A stretch of 64,000 bases of DNA from an uncultured bacterium. GTDB taxonomy: Bacteria; Krumholzibacteriota; Krumholzibacteriia; Krumholzibacteriales; Krumholzibacteriaceae. The notes beneath the pieces were generated by a model. That model was given only the letters and a program-made list of their open reading frames with translations, did no database searches and had not been told where the DNA came from. A program made the translations under genes and the position numbers. The stretch lies in assembly GCA_963813815.1 (NCBI GenBank), contig CAWFAD010000016.1, forward strand, positions 288,001-352,000, in the 5' to 3' direction. Of the stretch, positions 31,100 to 39,825 are shown one piece after another (positions within the stretch are counted from its first letter, which is position 1; the number at the start of each line of letters is the position of its first letter).

Positions 31100-34000
31100 A
31101 TGAGAAGGAAAATGAAGAGTCTGGTGTCACTGCTGGCGTGTTGTTTCCTCATCATGGTCATCGGCTTTTCTTCCGCGTATGCCGTGTGGATTACGGACGG
31201 CGTAGCTATTGCGCCTGTTTTGGACCCGCTGCCGACGCAACCTCAGATCACCTCCGACGGATCTGGAGGATCGATCATCACATGGCAGGACTATCGCGGG
31301 GGATCCTACGACATCTACGCCCAGCGGGTGGATGCGAGCGGGGTCGTGCAATGGATGGCGAACGGGGTCGCCGTCTGCAGGGCGGGCTATGAGATGAATC
31401 CCCAGATCGTCTCCGACGGCTCCGGCGGAGCGATTATCACGTGGCAGGACTATCGCGCGGGATCCTACGACATCTACGCCCAGCGGGTGAATGCGAGCGG
31501 GGTCGTGCAATGGATGACGGACGGGATCGCTGTCTGCACGGCGGGCTATGATCAGACGTATCCCCAGATCGTCTCCGACGGCTCCGGTGGAGCGATCGTC
31601 ACGTGGTGGGACTATCGTGGCGGAAGCACCTGGGACATCTACGCCCAGCGGGTGAATGCGAGCGGAGTCGTGCAATGGATGACGGACGGGATCGCTGTCT
31701 GCACGGCGGGCTAGATCAGGCGTATCCCCAGATCGTCTCCGACGGTTCCGGCGGAGCGATCGTCACGTGGCGGGACTATCGCAGCGGGAGCACATACGAC
31801 ATCTACGCCCAGCGGGTGAATGCGAGCGGGGTCCAGTGGACCGCGAACGGCGTTGCCCTCAGCCTTTTGTACTACGGGAACCAGCAGATTCCTCAGATTG
31901 CCACTGATGGCTCGGGCGGAGCGATCGTCACGTGGCAGGACTATCGCAGTTCAACAATTATTTACATATACAGCCAGCGGGTGAACGGCAGCGGGGTTGT
32001 TTTGTGGATGGAGTATGGAGAAGATGGAGTTCCTGTCTGCACAACGCCCAGCGAGCAGATGTATCCTGATATCACCTCGAACGGTTCGGAAGGAGCGATA
32101 ATCGCGTGGTTCGACAACCGCGGATGGTATGGCGGCGCCATATACGCCCAGAGCGTGGATTCGATCGGGGCAGCGCAATGGGCGGTGGATGGGGTTGCTA
32201 TTTCCAGCGCGGCGGCGGCTATGTATGATGCGCCTAAAATTAAAATCGTTTCCGACGGCTCCGGCGGAGCGATCATCACGTGGCTGGACAATCGTGGCGG
32301 AAGCACCTACGACATCTATACCCAGCGGGTGGATGCGAGCGGGATACCCCAGTGGACGACGAACGGGGTCGCCATCTGCGCAGCCCCATACGAAAAGCTA
32401 GATCCCCAGATCACGGCGGATGGCTCGGGAGGAGCGATCATCACGTGGCAGGACTATCGCAGCGGGAGCACATACGGCATCTACGCCCAGCGGGTGGATG
32501 CGAGCGGGATACCCCAGTGGACGACGAACGGGGTCGCAGTCTGCACGGCGGCATATAATCAATATTACCCCCAGATAATCTCGGACGGCTTGGGGGGAGC
32601 GATCATCACGTGGCAGGATCCACGCGCGGGATCCTACGACATCTACGCCCAGCGGGTGGATGCGAGCGGGATACCCCAGTGGACGGCAAACGGGGTCGTT
32701 ATCTGCGCAGCTGCATACGTCCAGATAGTTCCCCAGATCACGGCGGATGACTCGGGCGGAGCGATCATTACCTGGCGGGACTATCGCAGCGGTAGCTATC
32801 CGGATATCTATGCGCAGCGGGTGGATGCGAGCGGGATACCCCAGTGGACGGCAAACGGGGTCGCCATCTGCGCAGCCACAAACAGCCAGCTAGAAGCCCA
32901 GATCACGGCGGATGGCTCGGGAGGAGCGATCATCACGTGGCAGGACCGTCGTGGCGGAAGCACCTACGACATCTACGCCCAGCGGGTGACTTGGAGCGGG
33001 GTCGTGCAGTGGATGACGGACGGGATCGCCGTCTGCATGGCGGGCTATGATCAGACGTATCCCCGGATCGTCTCCGACGGCTCCGGCGGAGCGATCGCCA
33101 CGTGGCAGGACACTCGCAGCGGTAGCTCCTACGATATCTATGCCCAGCGGGTGAATGCGAACGGAGCAGCGCTGTGGGAGGACGAGGGGGTTCCGATCTC
33201 CGCAACAAGTGATTATCAAGAAGTTCCCCGGCTCACTTCGAACGGCGCGGGGGAAGCGATCATCACATGGATGGATAGTCGTGGCGGGTATAGGGTCTAC
33301 GCCCAGCGCGCGACGGAATATGGTTTGGGCCCCATATGCAACGTGGAGCCGAGGGTGATTGATCTGCCGGAGGCCGTCCTCGTAGGCAGCTCACGGGACA
33401 CCTCATTCGTGATCACGAATGAGGGTGTGGAGCCCTTCATAGGCGGTGCGAGCGTGGTGTCCGATCAATTTTGGATCGTTTCCGGCGGCGGGAGCTTCCT
33501 CCTCTCGAACGGCCAGTCGCATGTCGTCACCGTTCGATACGAGCCGACCGCTCCAGGAACGCACAGCTGCACCATAGAGACGGGCGCCTATATCTGCAGC
33601 GACGTAACGATGACGGGAACGTCGGAACAGCTTCCCCCCGATTCCGTGATCTACGTGGATGCGGATGCGACGGGCGTGGGCGGCGGGAGCTCATGGCCCA
33701 ACGCCTTCACTGAGCTGCAGGACGCTCTGGCTCTTGCCCCGAGCTGCCCGGACGTGACGCAGATATGGGTCGCCGAGGGCACGTACCGGCCAACAACAGG
33801 CACAGACCGGACCGCCACGTTCCAGCTCCTTAACAATCTCGCGCTCTACGGCGGCTTCGCGGGTACGGAGATCGCGCGGGCCGAGCGCAACGTGCACGCG
33901 CACGTCACTACGTTGAGCGGCGATATCGGGATGCCCGGCGACGCTTCGGACAACAGCTACCACGTCGCGACGGGGAGCTTGACCGACACCACCGCCGTGC

Positions 34001-35880
34001 TCGATGGATTCACGGTGACTGGAGGAAAGGCCGACGGCGGCGATTGGGAGCAAATGGTGGGTGGGGGCCTCTACAATTTCAGGGGAAGCCCAACACTTGC
34101 GAACATCGAATTCCGCGCGAATGCAGTTCAGGGGGCTGGAGGCGGCATATACAATGAAGACGGCAACCCGAGAATGATCAACGCTATATTCAGGCAGAAC
34201 AGCGCCGCTGGAAAAGGCGGCGGCATGTGCAGCTATAACGTGTACGGTTGTCCGATCCTCACGAATGTATTGTTGATCGGCAATGCGTCAGGCGAGGCGG
34301 GTGGCGGAATTTACAGCGAAGGTTCCATGTCTCTCGTGCTCGTGAACGCGAGCTTCTTCGGAAACTCCGCTCTCGGGCCTGGCGGCGCAATGTGCAACTT
34401 CTCCGGGAGTCCAGTCATTACCAATACGATCATGTGGGGGGACAGCTCTGCATGGTGCAGCGAGGCATCTCAGAACTGTTCCGAAATCTTCAATTATCCA
34501 GGTGTAAGCCCGACGATCTCATATTCGCTGATTCAGGGGAGCGGCGGGAGCGCTGGATGGGATGCGTTGCTCGGCACGGACGGCGGCGGCAACATCGACG
34601 CCGATCCGCTCTACTACGGCGCGGAGGCGGGCGACCTTCGGCTTCTCGTGGGATCGCCCGCCATCGATGCCGGGAGCATCGTCTCGGGTCTTCCCGCGAC
34701 GGACATCGTCGGCAATCCCCGCATACAGGGCGTCACTGTCGATATGGGTGCCTACGAGGGAGGAACGGCGGCGCTCTTCAGCTATGCGCGCATGGACTCC
34801 CTCGTCGACGTTCCGGATGATCAGGGCGGTTGGCTGAGGATCCACTTCACGCGATCCTCCTACGACAACGCGCTCGAGGAGGAGTACCCGATCGAGCGGT
34901 ACGACATCCACCGGCGCGTGGATGACGTGGTGCTCCTCGCGAGCATAGCCGGCGCGGGAGAGGTCATCGCGGAAGATCTCACCGTAAAGCTGTCCGGCGG
35001 CGAGAAGATAAGCCTGGTGCCGCCTCCCTCCGATGCGGACAGCAAATATGTCAGTTACGCGGACCGGATCTATCTCGTGAATGAAGCCGACGCCGAGGCG
35101 ACCGCCCCCGCAGGCACGTGGGAGGTCATCGGAAACGTCTCCGCCGCGCAGCAGGAGCAGTACATCCGGCTCGCGCCGACACTGGCGGATTCGGCTGCGA
35201 CGATCCCATGGTCCGTGTACTACATCTCGGCGCATACGACGACGCCGAGCGTGTACTTCGATAGCCCTCCGGACAGCGGCTACTCGGTGGACAACATCGC
35301 GCCCGGGGTTCCCGAAGGTCTCATGGTTGCGTACAACACAGGGAGCGGGAACCAGCTGAGCTGGGATCCGAGCGTGGACAGCGACTTCCAGTACTTCAAG
35401 ATCTATCGCGGCACAGATACGGACTTCGTGCCTACGGCTGAGAACATGGTGGACGCGACGACCGAGACGGAGTGGAGCGATCCTGAGTACGACGGCTGGA
35501 GCGTTTACTACAAGATCGCGGCGCTCGATCATGTGGGGAACGAGAGCGCTCCGGCATCTCCCGAGTCGACGACGGGGAAGGACAATCAGCCGATCTCGGA
35601 CGCGTTCTCGCTCTATCAGAACATGCCGAACCCGTTTAACCCCAGCACGTCGATTCGCTACGATGTGCCCGCCGGTGTGGGGGCTGTGTCGCTTCGCATC
35701 TATGACGTGAGCGGCCGGCTCGTGCGGACGCTCGTAGACGGTCCGCAGGCGATGGGCCAGAAGACCGCCGTCTGGAATGGGGAAGATGATCGGGGACGCA
35801 GTGTGGTCTCAGGAGTTTATTTCTATCGGTTGGAGGCGCCGGGCTACAAGAAGACACTGAAGATGATATTGATACAATAG
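31100..35880 (+). CDS. Large secreted protein: signal peptide, 13 beta-propeller-type repeats, Ig-like domain, beta-helix, FN3-like domain, C-terminal FlgD-Ig/T9SS-like domain; 1-nt deletion at ~31713
   Basis: Repeats DGSGGAIITWQDxRxGxxDIYAQRV; SPAIDAG..DMGAYE; QNMPNPFNPST..IYDVSGRLVRTL..WNG..SGVYFYRL; GGCTAGATCAG at the break vs GGCTATGATCAG in sister repeats. Confidence 0.85.
31240..33310 (+). repeat. Intragenic tandem repeat, 13 units of ~160-170 bp
   Basis: Recurring near-identical DNA such as GACATCTACGCCCAGCGGGTG and GGAGCGATCATCACGTGG. Confidence 0.9.
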
Positions 35881-35994
35881 ACGGTGTTTCTCTCGGGTAG
35901 CTTTGGTTCTCAATAGGCCCGGCTGTCAAGTGCAAGGTGCGCTCGGCAGCCGGGCTTTTGAGCTGTGCGGCCCGCTGCGCAAGTAACCCAAAAA

Positions 35995-36111
35995 CAGAGA
36001 GAGGTTATGAAAAAGGTTGCGATCGGGGCGCCAGATTATATTTTGCGTTAACCGCGCTTAACTCCTTAGCCCTTTTTCAATTTTGACATCCGTCCGTTCC
36101 TCGATTAGAAT
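35995..36111 (+). repeat. Module junction J3: 40-nt left arm + GGCGCCAG core + right arm B containing a promoter
   Basis: CAGAGAGAGGTTATGAAAAAGGTTGCGATCGGGGCGCCAG; TTGACA(36083)-17-TAGAAT(36106). Confidence 0.85.
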
Positions 36112-36191
36112 CGTCTTTGAAGGCTCTAACTCCTTGGGGAAAAGCATCCCTGCAAGTTGGCTCGCGGCCCCCGCCGCAGCAAAGGGATCGC

Positions 36192-38432
36192 ATGATCGGC
36201 CGGACGATTTCACATTACAAGATCCTCTCGAAGCTCGGCGAGGGGGGCATGGGCGTCGTCTACAAGGCCGAAGACACCAAGCTTAGACGTACCGTAGCCC
36301 TCAAGTTCCTCCCGTCCGAGCTCACCCGCGATGCCGGCGCCAAAGCGCGGTTCGTTCAAGAGGCTCGAGCGGCAGCGGGGCTCAACCATCCCGGGATTTG
36401 CACGGTCTACGAGATTGACGAGCACGATGGCCGATCCTTCATCGCTATGGAGCTGCTGGAGGGGCAGACGCTGCGAGCCAGGCTCAATGCTGGGCCGATG
36501 CCTGCAGGAGAGGCGGTGGATATCGCCGCGCAGGTGGCGAGGGCGCTCGAAGAGGCGCATCGCAAGGGCATCGTACACCGCGATATCAAACCGGAGAATA
36601 TCATGCTCGCCTCGAGCGGCCATGTCATTATCATGGATTTCGGACTCGCCTATATGCCCGGGGTCACTCGCCTGACTCAAACGGGATCGACCATGGGCAC
36701 GGTAAACTACATGTCTCCTGAGCAGACTCGTGGTGAGGAGGTTGATGGCCGAACGGATATCTGGTCTCTCGGGGTGGTGTTGTACGAGATGCTGACGACT
36801 CAGCCCCCGTTTAGGGGGCTCTACGATCAGGCCATCATGTTCCAGATAATGAACGCGGAGCCCGCTACGCTCGCCGAGCTGCGTCCGAATCTGACGGGGC
36901 CGCTCGAAGCGATCCTGCGCCGGGCGCTCTCCAAAGACCCGGCGGATCGTCAAAAAGCGGCGGAGCTGGTCGCCGATTTGAATGCGCTAGCGGATCATGT
37001 GGGCTTCGCTTCCTCGGTCCCCGTTTCGGAAGAGGACAATGCGGGGCCGTCCATTGCGGTGCTGCCGTTTGTCAACATGAGTGCCGATCCCGAGCAGGAG
37101 TATTTCTGCGACGGCATTACGGAAGAGATTATAAATTCGCTGACGAAGGTTAAGGGCTTGCGCGTGGTTGCGCGAACCTCCGCGTTCTACTTCAAAGGAA
37201 GAACGCAGGACGTCCGCGAGATCGGAGCGAGGCTCGGAGTGGAAACGATCCTCGAGGGCAGCGTGCGCAAGTCGGGCAGCCGGGTTCGCATCACGGCGCA
37301 GTGCATCAGTGTGAGCAATGGCTATCACATTTGGTCCGAACATTACGATCGACAGTTGCAGGATATCTTCGCGGTTCAGGACGAGATAGCGCAGGCCATC
37401 ACAGAGATCCTTGAGCTAAGCCTCGTGAGACCGCGGATCGTTCCCGAGGAGAAGCGCCAGATCAAGGATTTCGAGGCTTACAATCTCTATCTCAAGGGCC
37501 GCTACCTATGGCGGGGACGAACGCTGCAGAAGATCGAGAAGAGCCTGAAGATGTTCGAGGCTTCGATCGCGAGAGATCAGTCTTCGGGCCTCGGCCATAG
37601 CGGCGTTGCGGATGTCTACAACCTCCTCGGTTGGTATGGTGTCCTCGCGCCTCGGGATTCTTTTCCGAAAGCCCTCGCGGCCGCCGAACGCGCGTTGGAA
37701 CTGGATGCCTCACTGGCGGAGGGCTGGACGTCGCGTGGATTCGCCAAGCTCTTCTACGTTTGGGATGGGCCCGGAGCGGAGAAGGACTTTCAGCGCGCCA
37801 TTGTGCTCAACCCCGGTTATTCGTTGGCGCATCATTGGTACGGGGAGTACCACCTTGTTGCGGGGAAGCTTGAGCAGGCGTTCGAGTATGCGCGCCGTGC
37901 GCTCGAGTGCGACCCGGTCAATCCAGCCCTGTATTCGTTAATGGGGTGGCTCCTTTACATCGCGCGGGACTCTGACAATTCCATCATACAGTGTTATAAA
38001 GCGCTGGAGCTGGATCCCGATCTGGCTTGGGCGAATGCGATACTCGGCTTCGGGCTCGTTCAACTGGGTCGCTCTCAGGAAGCGGTCGCTCCCTTCCGCA
38101 GAGCAGGCGAACAATTGGGGGAAGGTCTCTTCCGCGCGGCTGAAGGATACGCTCTCGCCTCCGGCGGGGATGCCTCGGGGGCTCGCACCGTTCTTGCGGA
38201 TCTGGCGCCGGGTGGCCGGTTCGGCTACGTATCTCCCGGTCTCGTGGGTGTCATCAACGCCGCTCTTGGCGACAAGGAGAGCGCATTCACATACCTTGAG
38301 AAAGCCCTCACCGAGAGGGATCTCCATCTGCTCTTCCTCGGCACAGATCCCATCTACGACAGCCTTCGGTCAGACTCGCGTTACGGCGATCTGTGCGCCC
38401 GCATCGCGAGCGCCAGCGGCGCGGTGTCCTGA
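36192..38432 (+). CDS. Hanks-type Ser/Thr kinase + TolB-like (SIAVLPF) domain + TPR repeats
   Basis: LGEGGMGVVY, VALK, HRDIKPEN, DFG, YMSPEQ; SIAVLPFVNMS..EYFCDGITEEII; TPRs. Confidence 0.93.
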   Translation: MIGRTISHYKILSKLGEGGMGVVYKAEDTKLRRTVALKFLPSELTRDAGAKARFVQEARAAAGLNHPGICTVYEIDEHDGRSFIAMELLEGQTLRARLNAGPMPAGEAVDIAAQVARALEEAHRKGIVHRDIKPENIMLASSGHVIIMDFGLAYMPGVTRLTQTGSTMGTVNYMSPEQTRGEEVDGRTDIWSLGVVLYEMLTTQPPFRGLYDQAIMFQIMNAEPATLAELRPNLTGPLEAILRRALSKDPADRQKAAELVADLNALADHVGFASSVPVSEEDNAGPSIAVLPFVNMSADPEQEYFCDGITEEIINSLTKVKGLRVVARTSAFYFKGRTQDVREIGARLGVETILEGSVRKSGSRVRITAQCISVSNGYHIWSEHYDRQLQDIFAVQDEIAQAITEILELSLVRPRIVPEEKRQIKDFEAYNLYLKGRYLWRGRTLQKIEKSLKMFEASIARDQSSGLGHSGVADVYNLLGWYGVLAPRDSFPKALAAAERALELDASLAEGWTSRGFAKLFYVWDGPGAEKDFQRAIVLNPGYSLAHHWYGEYHLVAGKLEQAFEYARRALECDPVNPALYSLMGWLLYIARDSDNSIIQCYKALELDPDLAWANAILGFGLVQLGRSQEAVAPFRRAGEQLGEGLFRAAEGYALASGGDASGARTVLADLAPGGRFGYVSPGLVGVINAALGDKESAFTYLEKALTERDLHLLFLGTDPIYDSLRSDSRYGDLCARIASASGAVS

Positions 38433-38476
38433 CTGCAGAGCACCTCCGAAGGCTAATGCGCCGAGGAACCCCAAAA

Positions 38477-38631
38477 TAGAGAGTGGTTATGAAGAGGGTT
38501 ACGTTCGGGGAGCCAGTTTTTCTGTCTGAATTCGTGGCACCCAGTTGGTTAGCACAAGCGCCCGAGAGCCGCATCCCGCGCGAGCCACCACTTCCCACAA
38601 ACCCAGTATAATTTGCGCGATGGACGGCTCG
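38477..38631 (+). repeat. Module junction J4: 40-nt left arm + GGAGCCAG core + right arm A
   Basis: TAGAGAGTGGTTATGAAGAGGGTTACGTTCGGGGAGCCAG; downstream sequence aligns with 30445-30561. Confidence 0.85.
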
Positions 38632-38815
38632 ACGGGATCTCGAGCTCGTCAAGGAAACTCTCTCAGACACAGAGGGGGGCCATGATGTCTCTTCCCATTC
38701 CCATAGGCGCGAACCTTTTCGCTTTATGCCCGAAACGCCGTGTGATACAATTAGATCATTAGGGATTTCTTGCCGTGACGAAACTGCGACAACAGCTTTC
38801 GAAAGGAGGTGATTC

Positions 38816-39421
38816 ATGAAGCAATGCGAATGTCCTCTTATTGTCTTGTGCTTCTCTGCGTTGATGCTCTTGGCCGGGCCCGGATTCGGATTTGAAATCC
38901 TGCTCGACATCGACAACGACAACGACCCGGCGACGATCAACACGTTCACCTCGGCGACGAACACCGTCGTCAAGATAGTTCTCAATCCGACAATGCCTGG
39001 TGAAACGATAGGTTTTATCGAATTCGCCCTTGGCGGCACGTGTCACTTCTGTCCGCCGGACGATCCTTCGGGCGATGTTTATTGGGGAACGGCGATCGAG
39101 CATTTCCCCGAGGAGGGGTGGGTAACGGCGCCGGGCTTCGATAGCCAGGCCTTATACGCGGTGGGAGAGCTCTGCAACGGTACTTACGGTCCGTGGGTCT
39201 TGCTGCAGTTCGAGCCGAAGAGCGGGACGATTGATCTGAATCAGCCGATGTTTCTCTGCGAGTTCGACGCGTGGTCGGTCACCTATACCGACTGCCCGCC
39301 GGCACCTCATGATCTCATGGCCCTTTATAGCGCCTATGAGTTCTGGAACAAGGTGCTGCTCGACGTTCTTATCAACACCGACGTCGGCACCTGGGGGCAG
39401 ATCAAGAGCATCTATCGCTGA
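38816..39421 (+). CDS. Secreted hypothetical protein with C-terminal TWGxIKxxYR tail
   Basis: AAGGAGGT RBS, N-terminal signal peptide, ends GTWGQIKSIYR. Confidence 0.8.
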   Translation: MKQCECPLIVLCFSALMLLAGPGFGFEILLDIDNDNDPATINTFTSATNTVVKIVLNPTMPGETIGFIEFALGGTCHFCPPDDPSGDVYWGTAIEHFPEEGWVTAPGFDSQALYAVGELCNGTYGPWVLLQFEPKSGTIDLNQPMFLCEFDAWSVTYTDCPPAPHDLMALYSAYEFWNKVLLDVLINTDVGTWGQIKSIYR

Positions 39422-39432
39422 TAAGCTCCTCC

Positions 39433-39456
39433 GAGGGCCCGCCCGCGCGGGCCCTC
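39433..39456 (+). terminator. GC-rich hairpin after the secreted-protein gene
   Basis: GAGGGCCCGC-CCGC-GCGGGCCCTC; no strong U tract. Confidence 0.4.
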
Positions 39457-39630
39457 GCCGTTAGGATTTCCCAAAGAAGCGCAGAGAGGAGTGTAATGCC
39501 CCCGGCATTTGAGCTGAGGGTGTTAACGCTCGGCGTATCAATGATGCTTCTTGGGCCCTGATCCCTGTAATCTGAGCCGTCGCCTCTCGCATTCGGGCCA
39601 GTCCTGAGCTATCCGGCGATCCTCACAATA

Positions 39631-39746
39631 CAGAGAGAGGTCATGAAGAGGGTTACGCTTGGGGAGCCGGATTATTTTTTGCGTTAACCGCCCTAACTCC
39701 CTGGCTCCTTTTCAATTTTGACATAACACCGCGTCTCGATTAGAAT
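39631..39746 (+). repeat. Module junction J5: 40-nt left arm + GGAGCCGG core + right arm B containing a promoter
   Basis: CAGAGAGAGGTCATGAAGAGGGTTACGCTTGGGGAGCCGG; TTGACA(39718)-17-TAGAAT(39741). Confidence 0.85.
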
Positions 39747-39825
39747 GGTTTTCAAGCGGTTTGGCTCTTAGAGGGACGATTTTCTGCGAGGCGGCCGGAG
39801 CGGCGCGCCATCGCGAGGCGATTGA

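Noticed and set aside
31240..33310. CRISPR array or DGR template/variable repeat
   Set aside because: Units are ~160-170 bp in-frame coding repeats. No cas or reverse transcriptase gene is in the window, and differences are not visibly adenine-specific.
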